Part shown: positions 8,300 to 16,551 of the stretch, one piece after another
Layout of the letters: each line of letters opens with the position of its first letter
Position numbering within the stretch: the first letter of the stretch is position 1
Sequence record: HG799496.1
Reading direction: 5' to 3' (one strand)
Origin: Streptococcus phage K13
DNA: 24,000 nucleotides
Notes under the pieces: model-generated
Told to the model about the DNA's origin: nothing
What the model saw: the letters and a program-made list of their open reading frames with translations, nothing else
The model's database searches: none
Translations under genes and position numbers: made by a program

Positions 8300-9060
8300 G
8301 ACTACTGCTTTAAACGAGTGACTTTTGATAACTTATAGTTTATTATCTTGTCCACAAATATTCCTACTTGTATCACTCATGCACGATTGGTTAGACCAAT
8401 CACTCCTCACATCGCAAACTACTAAGCCATTTTTCAATTAACGAAGACTCCGCTAAAAGTCTAAGCTGCTTTACTCTTTGACTTTACTCTCATCCTTGCG
8501 AGACTTGAGCAGGCAATCTAATTGCCGAAGTGCACTTTCGTTTACGACGGGCGATGACTTTTGCTTTTTTGAGTTTTTTCTATCTTGAATAGCCTTAAAA
8601 TATAAAAATCATCTTTCATCTATCACAGACACGCATCGCCATGTGTTTCATTCTCTTTTGAAGAACAAAATGCACAGCGCCTGCTTGTTATCGATTGTTT
8701 TGCGGACAATCGACTCATCTTACATACTTTTGGGAGGCACCCAATTTTTGTAAGATATGGTATCAAGCTCTTGTTGCACCTCGAACCAAATACCTCTTTC
8801 CTCTTATAGACTCGTTTCACAGCCAAACAGCCACATTTGCATTTCCTCAGCACCTTGCCGTTGGAATCTTCCTGCTTTAACTTCGCCTACCTATTCCAAA
8901 ACTGAAATAGTTAAGATTACATTGCTTAGATTGACCATTGCTGGCAGGATGTTTGATAGATTTAAAAACATCCTTTTCCTGAGTTACCACAGATTATCTA
9001 GGCTAAGCCCTAAAAGTGCAAGGCGACTACAACCTTGCGTGCGTATTAAATTTTGACTTC
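8300..9060 (-). ncRNA. candidate large structured phage ncRNA (GOLLD/ROOL-like?)
   Basis: ~750 nt without convincing CDS, with many perfect local helices: 8385-8401, 8512-8526, 8526-8540, 8691-8713, 8717-8756 (nested 8730-8744), 8947-8973, 9018-9038; flanked by same-strand tRNA-like elements. Boundaries approximate. Confidence 0.45.
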
Positions 9061-9083
9061 TTTTTTATTTTTTGTAGTCTTTA

Positions 9084-9158
9084 AAACCTCTGAGGGAATC
9101 AAACCCTCTAGCTTATAACTTATCCGGAATATAATTAGCTACGCAATCATGCGAGGTC
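9084..9158 (-). tRNA. tRNA-like cloverleaf (75 nt)
   Basis: acceptor GACCTC/GAGGTT (incl. G-U), T-arm GAGGG-TTTGATT-CCCTC, 7-nt loop ATTCCGG on a TTAT/ATAA stem; D-arm atypical. Confidence 0.4.
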
Positions 9159-9264
9159 CAATCGCTTCCGCAACCATTTTTAAGTTAATGAGTGATAGGA
9201 GTTAATGAGTGATATATGAATGCTAAGCCTACTGCCTACCCCATTCTGGGACACAAACACTCAA

Positions 9265-9348
9265 AGGAGAGGGGAGGACTTGAACCTCCAAGGCCATTAC
9301 AGCCCCCTGACATTACAGGTAACCATCTACCAATTCTGAGACCTCTCT
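9265..9348 (-). tRNA. tRNA or tRNA-like, class II-like with long variable arm
   Basis: acceptor GAGAGG/CCTCTC, T-arm GGAGG-TTCAAGT-CCTCC, D-loop containing TTGGTAGA, CCTG/CAGG anticodon stem, variable arm GGC...GCC; anticodon ambiguous (loop length 6). Confidence 0.55.
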
Positions 9349-9427
9349 TTTCAATTCTTGATACTACCATTCTAACAGATTTTTAGAACCGTGCTGTTCC
9401 AAAAAGTCCCATAAGCTCACTATGAGG

Positions 9428-9913
9428 TTAGATGACTTCTTCCAAAGCTAAGACCGCCTCATTTTTTAACCTGTAGTAGGTTGTACGACTCATATTCAAA
9501 TCATAACAAACGCTATCAGCGGTGCCTTTGTTGATGTAAGTCATTCTTAATACTGCCCTGTACTTTGGATTTTTAAGCCTATTGATCATTCTACCTAATT
9601 CAAGTTTTCTGTTAATGACCTCTTTAGTATCCTGCTCTATAGCCTCTTTCATCACTACCAACTGAGTATAGACATCATCAACTTTTCTAGTCTGTCCACC
9701 TTGGACTTTGACACCTGACCACTTAGGACTTGAGAGCAAACCTGCCTCAAGCTCGTTAATTTCATCTATACGGCTTTGAATGTCCATGTCCAGATTCTGC
9801 AACTCTTTCAATAGTTCTTTAGCCTTGTTCACTCTCTGTCTCCTTTGTGATATAATAATATTATTGAGATTATTGCTGAGACAGAGAGTGTCTTGGCTTT
9901 TTTGTTTTACCAA
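9428..9913 (-). CDS. ArpU/DUF1492-like phage transcriptional regulator (late activator type)
   Basis: 161 aa; C-terminal sigma-like HTH: ADSVCYDLNMSRTTYYRLKNEAVLAL; position at end of early region, upstream of terminase. Confidence 0.75.
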   Translation of the reverse strand: MVKQKSQDTLCLSNNLNNIIISQRRQRVNKAKELLKELQNLDMDIQSRIDEINELEAGLLSSPKWSGVKVQGGQTRKVDDVYTQLVVMKEAIEQDTKEVINRKLELGRMINRLKNPKYRAVLRMTYINKGTADSVCYDLNMSRTTYYRLKNEAVLALEEVI

Positions 9914-10221
9914 GTAATGTGAATTTTCTTGTTAGAAACGAAATCTTGTCCAGTGAAAATATTTTTAGATAGATAAAGCTTATATTTGACAGTAAAGCCA
10001 GCTCCTAATAATTCTCTTAACGCTTCAAACGTTATTTCATCTCCTAATCGATTCCTGAGATATTCGTCTCTAACTGACCAAACATTGATTAAATAACCTG
10101 TATAACCTTTTTGAGCAGAAGTTTTTAGTTTTTGTTCTAGGTTATATTTCTCAAAATATCGCTCGAACCATTTTGCGTGGCTTTCTGAGCTTAATTGCTG
10201 CACTTCATCAAATAATGTCAT
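9907..10221 (-). CDS. hypothetical phage protein
   Basis: 104-aa ORF overlapping the ArpU-like gene start. Confidence 0.6.
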   Translation of the reverse strand: MTLFDEVQQLSSESHAKWFERYFEKYNLEQKLKTSAQKGYTGYLINVWSVRDEYLRNRLGDEITFEALRELLGAGFTVKYKLYLSKNIFTGQDFVSNKKIHITW

Positions 10222-10241
10222 TTTAACCTCAATCCTTTATT

Positions 10242-10421
10242 TTATAATCTTGAAATTCCATAGTATTCATAACCACAATATTCAGAGCAGAAACCGTACG
10301 TATTAAAATATCTGTCGAATAAACCAGCTTCGCTATCGCAGACAGGACAATGCGTCCTGTGGTATCTTTCTTCTTTGTTCAGACCGTTCAAAATTTTCTT
10401 TTTGCGTTGACGTTTATTCAT
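10242..10421 (-). CDS. small zinc-finger-like protein (59 aa)
   Basis: missed by the ORF track: MNKRQRKKKILNGLNKEERYHRTHCPVCDSEAGLFDRYFNTYGFCSEYCGYEYYGISRL; TTTTGGAGGTAACTC RBS; CPVC...CSEYC ligand pattern. Confidence 0.7.
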   Translation of the reverse strand: MNKRQRKKKILNGLNKEERYHRTHCPVCDSEAGLFDRYFNTYGFCSEYCGYEYYGISRL

Positions 10422-10887
10422 GAGTTACCTCCAAAAGTTCAGGGTTTTCGTAGACATTGTCGATGATTTCAAACCCAAAGTCTTTATCCTTTACCAATTC
10501 AGCGAACGAAAGATGTTCATCTTCCATATAAATGAATAGAGATGATTCTGGGTATCTAGTTTTACCGAATTCAAAACAAGCTTCACCTTTCACCACTTCA
10601 ACGTAATTAACACCTTCGACCGAGCCATCTACATAGCCCTCGTGACAATATTCATTCCACTCGTCATTAAATTTTAAAATATCCCCCTCAAAGATTTCCT
10701 TGCCGTTCTTGTCTTTGAGTCCTGTTGATTGCATGAGTTCGATTTCATCAGGATAAGCTGTAATGCAATCATTCATTAAAGCATCGTTTAACTCAAATTC
10801 TTCAATCTCGCTATCCTGAAAAAACATACATTTGACTGACATCAGTCTACCTAATTCATAATGCCACACTCTAAATTTCGGTATCAT
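10414..10887 (-). CDS. YopX-family protein
   Basis: 157 aa; KFRVWH...M...LMQSTGLKDKNGKEIFEGDILKF signature. Confidence 0.85.
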   Translation of the reverse strand: MIPKFRVWHYELGRLMSVKCMFFQDSEIEEFELNDALMNDCITAYPDEIELMQSTGLKDKNGKEIFEGDILKFNDEWNEYCHEGYVDGSVEGVNYVEVVKGEACFEFGKTRYPESSLFIYMEDEHLSFAELVKDKDFGFEIIDNVYENPELLEVTHE

Positions 10888-11078
10888 GCCAAATCCTCCT
10901 TATCTAAAATCCATGCAATATAGACACAAATCAGAGCAAGCATAATGGAATCCGCCAAATTCCCTCTCACTCCACCTAAGATAATAATTTCAAGTATCTT
11001 CCAGAGATAGTCCAATATAATAAAATGGACAAGTTGGGTCAAGAAGAAGTTATACTTCCCATTAAATCGAAATTTCAT
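10884..11078 (-). CDS. small membrane-type hypothetical protein
   Basis: 64 aa, two hydrophobic segments; overlaps YopX start. Confidence 0.55.
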   Translation of the reverse strand: MKFRFNGKYNFFLTQLVHFIILDYLWKILEIIILGGVRGNLADSIMLALICVYIAWILDKEDLA

Positions 11079-11140
11079 AACATCACCTCATCCCCGACCT
11101 TAACTTTATCCCACTGTTCCTTCATAACCACAAACACCTC

Positions 11141-11311
11141 TTAGTCACGATCTGTGACCTCCTTTTCTACAGTAATTGTAAATTCACGGTCATTTATATT
11201 TAAAGGTAGAACTACCCCTATTTTTGAATCGTCTTTTAGCAAATCCAATACAATTTCTAAAACTTGCTTACCTAAAATCAATTGTGTCTCTAAAATGTTT
11301 TGCTCATTCAT
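11141..11311 (-). CDS. small hypothetical protein (56 aa)
   Basis: ORF not in track: MNEQNILETQLILGKQVLEIVLDLLKDDSKIGVVLPLNINDREFTITVEKEVTDRD; AAGGAGG RBS. Confidence 0.5.
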   Translation of the reverse strand: MNEQNILETQLILGKQVLEIVLDLLKDDSKIGVVLPLNINDREFTITVEKEVTDRD

Positions 11312-11460
11312 CGCTCAACCTCCTTGCTCTTAATTTCTCCAGTAAGTCTATTTTCTAAAATGTGACTTGTATAGCAAATATCGTTTTTATAAGTATAGTG
11401 ATCAACGGTTTCTTCAACCCATTGATTTTTAGTGTACGGGTATCTGTTTGGTCGTTTCAA
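11308..11460 (-). CDS. small hypothetical protein (50 aa, TTG start)
   Basis: ORF not in track: (M)KRPNRYPYTKNQWVEETVDHYTYKNDICYTSHILENRLTGEIKSKEVER; GAGGTGG RBS; TGA overlaps next ATG. Confidence 0.45.
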   Translation of the reverse strand: MKRPNRYPYTKNQWVEETVDHYTYKNDICYTSHILENRLTGEIKSKEVER

Positions 11461-11461
11461 T

Positions 11462-11800
11462 TTACCACCTCACATATAAATATTTCGTATCAATATCTTG
11501 TTCTAGAATACAGTCCCTTAACGATCTCAAAACATATAACGCATCATTGATCGTTCCCCATCTATTTTCAGGTTCATACTGCACATACTTTTCAGGGTAC
11601 CGTTCTAGTTCAGAGATACCGCGTTGAATGTTATCTAAAACATCAGCGATGTTGTACGTAGTGTCTTGATCAAAATCCCAGTTCATAGCAACTCTAAACA
11701 TTCTTCCAAGATTGTAGGTCGGAGAACTATATTTAGGTTCAGCGATACAAATATAATCTCCACTCTCTATTTTTACTAATATTTCCAAATCATAACTCAT
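11462..11800 (-). CDS. hypothetical phage protein
   Basis: 112-aa ORF in tightly packed early operon. Confidence 0.65.
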   Translation of the reverse strand: MSYDLEILVKIESGDYICIAEPKYSSPTYNLGRMFRVAMNWDFDQDTTYNIADVLDNIQRGISELERYPEKYVQYEPENRWGTINDALYVLRSLRDCILEQDIDTKYLYVRW

Positions 11801-11988
11801 CTACCTGATTCCTCCGCATTATACTGCAACCATACTAAGCATTCATATAGATCCCTTGCTTGCCCTTTGATGTTGCTTAATGATAGACTGCTCAATTTAT
11901 CATCATTTTGTAAGACTTCTATCTTGAAATTTGAAATAGCAGCAGTCAATTCTTTTTCTTTTTTTAAATTTTCACTACATGACATCAC
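11797..11988 (-). CDS. hypothetical phage protein
   Basis: 63 aa; ATGA-type overlaps on both sides. Confidence 0.55.
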   Translation of the reverse strand: MMSCSENLKKEKELTAAISNFKIEVLQNDDKLSSLSLSNIKGQARDLYECLVWLQYNAEESGR

Positions 11989-12503
11989 TCCACCTCCTCA
12001 ATCTCAATTCCTTCACAATCAAACACCCAGCCGAAGTTTGCGTCTTCTAGTTCTTTACGGGTGTGGGAATATATAACATCGTCTAAACTAAATCTTTTTG
12101 TAAAGAAATACCTTTTCAAAAGTTCTCCATAAACCAACATATTTTCTTTAATATTCCCTTTAATCTTAACAAAATACCGCTTCTCTTTTTCAACCTCGTA
12201 GCCGTCAAGCCAAGCAAGACAGAATTTTTCGATGTTATTTTCGTAAAACCACTCAGGAACTTTCTTATCATAATGATCTTCAATTACTCTCATTGCACCG
12301 TAAACATGAAAATTGTTTTTCTTTTTAAATTCTATATATTCCGCCACACACTGCGGAACTTTGACTGGTTTTGGTTTATCTAGTTGTTCCAAGTCTTGCA
12401 GAAAAATTTGACGAGCTAGTTCTGCTCCTTCAGCATTCCATACACCCTCAAGTTTTTTATATTTCTCAATCAATTCCTGCTTATTCATCTTAGTTTCCTC
12501 CAT
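11985..12503 (-). CDS. DUF1642-like phage protein
   Basis: 172 aa; VPQCVAEYIEFKKKN...WFYENNIEKFCLAWLDGYEVEKEKRYFVKI. Confidence 0.75.
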   Translation of the reverse strand: MEETKMNKQELIEKYKKLEGVWNAEGAELARQIFLQDLEQLDKPKPVKVPQCVAEYIEFKKKNNFHVYGAMRVIEDHYDKKVPEWFYENNIEKFCLAWLDGYEVEKEKRYFVKIKGNIKENMLVYGELLKRYFFTKRFSLDDVIYSHTRKELEDANFGWVFDCEGIEIEEVE

Positions 12504-12822
12504 AAATCAAATAAACTGCAATAACTACCTGAGCCATGCTTGGCGAATAGCCAACCCAATCATCAAACTCCTTAGATTTTGGCAACCAACCCTTAGTAGC
12601 TCCCAAATCATAGTCTGTAGGCTTTTCATCAGCGAAGATGCATTCCATCGCTCCCATAAACGTCATACCATCTTCTGCCATTTCCCAAAAATAGTCCGCC
12701 CGGTCTTTCACTGCTTGTGGTAAATCTTGCTGGGGAGGTTGCGACTTCCCGTCTTCTACCGTCCAGTTGTATACTTCATTAACTTTTTGCTTTAACTCTT
12801 CCATCATCTTCCAACTCCTCAA
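12490..12822 (-). CDS. hypothetical phage protein
   Basis: 110 aa; true start may be internal MMEELKQ. Confidence 0.6.
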   Translation of the reverse strand: MRSWKMMEELKQKVNEVYNWTVEDGKSQPPQQDLPQAVKDRADYFWEMAEDGMTFMGAMECIFADEKPTDYDLGATKGWLPKSKEFDDWVGYSPSMAQVVIAVYLIYGGN

Positions 12823-13334
12823 CTAACCTTGTGGCTTTCCAGGTCTCCAAATTCGTGTCCATGGCTTACGAAATACGAACCAATCAGAATCGCATCTGCC
12901 TCGTCGTCCTTAACGTTCAGGTCGAATTCATCAGACACCTTAGCAACTGCCTGCAGCTTCATTGACTTTTTACTTCGGTCCTTGTAACTAAACTTCCAGT
13001 ACTTGCGCCAGGTCGACACGTTCACGAAGTACACATTGTCAGCAATCAGTCGGCCAAGAATGATACCTGTCACAATTCCAATACTAATCATAGACTGCTG
13101 ATTTGGCCCCATGACTGAGTTCTTCTCGACCACAATTGATTCAAAATGGCAGTCGTATTTCTGGAGCGCTCTCGATTGAATTGCTCGCAGTTCGCTAGCC
13201 ATGAAACGGCCACGCTCAAAGAATGACTTACTTTTATGTTTTAAGACACCGCTCTGAACAAGATTAGAGCCGTGAAATACGGCCCATCCTGTAGCAGTAG
13301 TAGAAATGTCTAACGATAATGTCAGAGATTTCAT
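12819..13334 (-). CDS. RuvC-like Holliday junction resolvase
   Basis: 171 aa; LSLDISTTATGWAVF N-terminal RNase-H-fold Asp motif, IVVEKNS Glu motif, DDEADAILIGSYF C-terminal acidic motif. Confidence 0.85.
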   Translation of the reverse strand: MKSLTLSLDISTTATGWAVFHGSNLVQSGVLKHKSKSFFERGRFMASELRAIQSRALQKYDCHFESIVVEKNSVMGPNQQSMISIGIVTGIILGRLIADNVYFVNVSTWRKYWKFSYKDRSKKSMKLQAVAKVSDEFDLNVKDDEADAILIGSYFVSHGHEFGDLESHKVS

Positions 13335-13663
13335 TGCAATTCTCCCTTGAATCCACAGAGGTCGAATAGGTTTCGTTTATTATTCTCGATAAACTCAAAG
13401 AATTTCTGGAGTTCGGCCAAGTTTCGTTTTTCTGCCTTGACTCCTAAGCTGGAATGGTATTCTGTCGGCTCTTTCGGTGTTACCTTCACATCTAGCCAGT
13501 ATAGTGGTTCAAATACATCGCCTTCAGTATCCAAAGATGTATTGGAATCCAAATTCCTGAATTGCATCTGAATATCATATTTAATCCCATTTGTAACCGT
13601 TATGTCATTTCTAGCAACGTTAAGTGCAATACTCGTTCCTGCTATATCAATTTTATAATTCAT
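13331..13663 (-). CDS. hypothetical phage protein
   Basis: 110 aa ORF overlapping RuvC-like stop. Confidence 0.6.
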   Translation of the reverse strand: MNYKIDIAGTSIALNVARNDITVTNGIKYDIQMQFRNLDSNTSLDTEGDVFEPLYWLDVKVTPKEPTEYHSSLGVKAEKRNLAELQKFFEFIENNKRNLFDLCGFKGELQ

Positions 13664-13673
13664 TTATTTTCTC

Positions 13674-13724
13674 CAAAAAAATGCGACTGCCTTTGTGTGA
13701 GTTTGGCTAAATACGGGCAGTCGC
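13674..13724 (-). terminator. intrinsic terminator-like structure (minus strand)
   Basis: GCGACTGCC (13716-13724 on minus) / GGCAGTCGC (13683-13691) 9-bp perfect stem followed by ATTTTTTT. Confidence 0.5.
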
Positions 13725-13795
13725 TCGTCCAAGGTCACATAAGTGTCACTGACGCATTTTCTAGTTCGCAGTTTTACAAGAATGCCCGGCTTGTT

Positions 13796-13829
13796 GCTTT
13801 TTGAGTTGTTTCCAAAATGGAAATAGTTG
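13796..13829 (-). repeat. copy A of a dispersed 34/35-nt repeat containing dyad TTTCC-ATTTT-GGAAA
   Basis: CAACTATTTCCATTTTGGAAACAACTCAAAAAGC; copy B at 22981-23015 differs by one substitution and one A. Confidence 0.9.
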
Positions 13830-13831
13830 GT

Positions 13832-14857
13832 TTATTTAATCAGTTCATCCAATTCTGCCTGCGTCAATGACTCAATTCGTTGATAACCTTGGACAGTGTA
13901 GTTTTTCTTGTATTCAAATCCCAAATCCGCAAGGCTATTCTTGAAATAGTCTTTTTCTTTCGTGTCAGCGAAATACACTTCCAAGGTCATTTTTTGGGTA
14001 TATCGTTTTAAGACGTTTTCAGCCCCTCTGACGTCTTCTTGTCGATTTTGGGATAATTGCCCGCCGTCTAAGATTTCGCCCGTTTCTGGGTCAATTTTTG
14101 CGGTCTCCGTTGATTTTGGCGCTTGCTCTTGTTGCTGAGCTAAAACTTCCTCACGTTCTCGTTCAGCTCGCTCTTGAGCCAATCTCACTTCTTCCTTTTG
14201 CTTTTCAAAAGCGTAGTCTGCCTTGATTTGCTCCAGTACTTCAACCAAAGTCATGTCTTTCAACATACGAATATATGGCTGGTCTGTCATTCCGTACTCG
14301 GCACATTGTCCTGAGATTGCTGAGATGGTTTTCTTGTACTCTTCTTGCTTCTGATACTCAAATGTAATCATGTCATCAAGCGACTTCATCGTAACTTTCT
14401 TGAGTGTCACACCGTCAGCCATGAAATCGCCTGCCTTGATGTACTCAAGGGCTTTCTCGTCAAATAGACGAGGATCAAGCATGTATTCTGAAGCCTTATT
14501 TGTAATGTAACCCTTAACAGTATCCAGTCTGAGTGCTTTCTGATGGTCTTCAAACTCTTTGACATTTTTCGCAATCTTTTTGATAACACCGTCCAGCGGT
14601 TCAACCTGCTCGGTGATGTATTCGTTGAAATCATCAGCAGTTTTTGACAAATCCTTTTTGATTTTGATACGCTCGTCAGATATCTGCTTGAACAGTTTTC
14701 TGAGATCAGCTAGTACCTGCTTATCGTCCTTGATTGTCGAAGCGGTAACTGTATAATTCTGGTACTTCGTTACCACCTCTTTAATGTTTTGTTCAAACAA
14801 CTCACGGTCTAAAATTTCAACCTCTGCCTGAGTGACACTTACTTGTAATTCTTGCAT
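13832..14857 (-). CDS. DUF1351-family phage protein
   Basis: 341 aa coiled-coil-rich protein (DKQVLADLRKLFKQISDERIKIKKDLSKTADDFNEYI) directly upstream of Bet/RecT-like gene. Confidence 0.8.
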   Translation of the reverse strand: MQELQVSVTQAEVEILDRELFEQNIKEVVTKYQNYTVTASTIKDDKQVLADLRKLFKQISDERIKIKKDLSKTADDFNEYITEQVEPLDGVIKKIAKNVKEFEDHQKALRLDTVKGYITNKASEYMLDPRLFDEKALEYIKAGDFMADGVTLKKVTMKSLDDMITFEYQKQEEYKKTISAISGQCAEYGMTDQPYIRMLKDMTLVEVLEQIKADYAFEKQKEEVRLAQERAEREREEVLAQQQEQAPKSTETAKIDPETGEILDGGQLSQNRQEDVRGAENVLKRYTQKMTLEVYFADTKEKDYFKNSLADLGFEYKKNYTVQGYQRIESLTQAELDELIK

Positions 14858-14858
14858 G

Positions 14859-15599
14859 TTAGTACTCCATTTCTTCTAAGAGTTCGCCTTGTAGCGGTTC
14901 GTCTTCAAAATTAGGAATTTCATCTTCTGGATAAGCTGATGATTGGTGTTTCTCCTGCTCTCGCTTCATCTCTTCAATCTGAGCCATTTTCCTTGTTCTC
15001 ACTTCTTCTTGAGATTCTTGAGGAGTTACATCGATAGGAGCTGCTTGTTCCATTTCCTCGCTTGTATAAAGTCCGCCCACATCTTCTGAGAACGAATCAC
15101 GGACTGCTGCAACAATCGCAACTTTCTCAATCATCTGCCCTGGCGCTTTTTGCCACCAGTTCTTCCCAGTGTTATATGCTGACAACTCAACTTCACGATA
15201 AACTGGTCTAGTTCTATCTTTACGATAAACCTCACACCAACCACCGATTAGAGTACAATTTTTAGGTAAGATGACGCCTTTTTTATTTTTTAACTCTCCG
15301 CTTGCATCTTCGTAGATAATTCCACTTTCAAAGCCGTCATAATTTTGATTTTGTTCCGCACGCTTCATAAAAGCGTCCTTTGAGACAACAATCTGTGCAG
15401 GATTGTTCCCGTACTTGATAAAGTAAACTTCTTTTGTGAACGGGTTTAAATTACGATTTTTAACGATAGCCAATAAAGTTTGTAATTCTTGTGGGCTTGC
15501 TTGATGTTTTGGGTCAACAAAATTTCGCAAGGTTGCTCCGTCTAATTTTTGCAAGTCTGTTAGATATGCGCCTTTTGTTTGTGTTAGTTCGTTTGTCAT
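14859..15599 (-). CDS. bet: phage recombination protein Bet/RecT-family ssDNA annealing protein
   Basis: 246 aa; LQTLLAIVKNRNLNPFTKEVYFIKYGNNPAQIVVSKDAFMKRAEQN...GWCEVYRKDRTRPVYREV. Confidence 0.92.
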   Translation of the reverse strand: MTNELTQTKGAYLTDLQKLDGATLRNFVDPKHQASPQELQTLLAIVKNRNLNPFTKEVYFIKYGNNPAQIVVSKDAFMKRAEQNQNYDGFESGIIYEDASGELKNKKGVILPKNCTLIGGWCEVYRKDRTRPVYREVELSAYNTGKNWWQKAPGQMIEKVAIVAAVRDSFSEDVGGLYTSEEMEQAAPIDVTPQESQEEVRTRKMAQIEEMKREQEKHQSSAYPEDEIPNFEDEPLQGELLEEMEY

Positions 15600-15614
15600 T
15601 TGTTTCTCCTTTTA

Positions 15615-16124
15615 TTAAAAAATCCCGTGTTTTTTTGCGTTCTCAATGATTGGTTTGAAATATTTGTCCTCTGCTTTTTTACGAGCTTTGACCGCATCGT
15701 CAAATTCGTCAAATCTCTTATTTAAAACGTTTTTCCCTTTAAATTTTAAACTTGCACGCCATTTTCCCCGAGATTTATCGAATGACACTCCTTTTACTCC
15801 GCTTGTATTCGTTTTAGGTAACTTTTTAGACGAAATAATACGAATATATGTTCCTTTTTCAAAATCAAAAAATGGTTTGTTTGCCTCTGTTGCTTTTTCA
15901 GTCAAAATCCCCTGTCTAGCCGACGCTCGCTCTTTCAGTAAGCAACCACAACTCCGAATCCTTCTTTTCTTGTATTTGGTAGTTAATAATCCTCCGCGTA
16001 CTGTTTTTCTGTTTCCGCAATCGCATTGACACACCCAATATACTTCTTTACGATTTGATTCTGCACGCTGTATAACTGTTAATCTACCAAATCGTCTACC
16101 TGACAAATCAATCAATTTCGGCAT
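15615..16124 (-). CDS. AP2-domain protein with N-terminal zinc ribbon-like segment (homing-endonuclease-associated type)
   Basis: 169 aa; DLSGRRFGRLTVI...YWVCQCDCGNRKTV...SCGCLLKE, then NTSGVKGVSFDKSRGKWRASLKFKGKNVLNKRFDEFDDAVKARKKAEDKYF AP2 module. Confidence 0.85.
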   Translation of the reverse strand: MPKLIDLSGRRFGRLTVIQRAESNRKEVYWVCQCDCGNRKTVRGGLLTTKYKKRRIRSCGCLLKERASARQGILTEKATEANKPFFDFEKGTYIRIISSKKLPKTNTSGVKGVSFDKSRGKWRASLKFKGKNVLNKRFDEFDDAVKARKKAEDKYFKPIIENAKKHGIF

Positions 16125-16302
16125 GTAATTTTCTTCCTTTCGTCTTCTTCAAATTCCAATTTTCACGCTTTAAGCGCTTGTTTTCGCTTTGTAGTTTCAA
16201 AATAATATCTTGTTGCTCGTTGATAATCTGCCCCAGTTCTTGGCCAAGATGAATATATTCAGCTCGCCAGTTGTCGATTTCTTCGTGTAGTTCCTGAATC
16301 AT
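16108..16302 (-). CDS. small coiled-coil hypothetical protein
   Basis: 64 aa; IINEQQDIILKLQSENKRLKRENWNLK. Confidence 0.6.
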   Translation of the reverse strand: MIQELHEEIDNWRAEYIHLGQELGQIINEQQDIILKLQSENKRLKRENWNLKKTKGRKLHAEID

Positions 16303-16415
16303 ATCTCATCACCCACATATCGATACTGCCCACACCCAACATAGATGTACTGGCTAGGGTTAAGTTCTTCTCGTTCTTCAGGCGGTTGCATTATATCTCT
16401 GTCATAATTAAACAT
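16299..16415 (-). CDS. small hypothetical protein (38 aa)
   Basis: ORF not in track: MFNYDRDIMQPPEEREELNPSQYIYVGCGQYRYVGDEI; coupled overlaps. Confidence 0.35.
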   Translation of the reverse strand: MFNYDRDIMQPPEEREELNPSQYIYVGCGQYRYVGDEI

Positions 16416-16551
16416 GAGAATACACCTTCCCAAGCTCCAGGACTCGTTTCACATATCTAGCCTTGGATGTTAGCCCAAGATCCAGCAATTCGTTTTTTTC
16501 TTCATGATTGGCCAAAAGCCAGACACGGTTTTCAATTTCAATCTTTGTCAT
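16408..16551 (-). CDS. small hypothetical protein (47 aa)
   Basis: ORF not in track: MTKIEIENRVWLLANHEEKNELLDLGLTSKARYVKRVLELGKVYSHV; overlaps neighbours as in a coupled operon. Confidence 0.5.
   Translation of the reverse strand: MTKIEIENRVWLLANHEEKNELLDLGLTSKARYVKRVLELGKVYSHV

Noticed and set aside
8623-8853. 76-aa cysteine-containing ORF (MLRKCKCGCLAVKRVYKRKEVF...) within the non-coding region
   Set aside because: GTG start without a clear RBS, overlaps several perfect RNA helices, no recognisable domain; more likely fortuitous within a structured RNA, though a decayed Zn protein cannot be excluded.
8300-9060. Retron or reverse-transcriptase-associated ncRNA (DRT/DGR)
   Set aside because: No reverse transcriptase ORF or TR/VR repeat pair is visible in the window.
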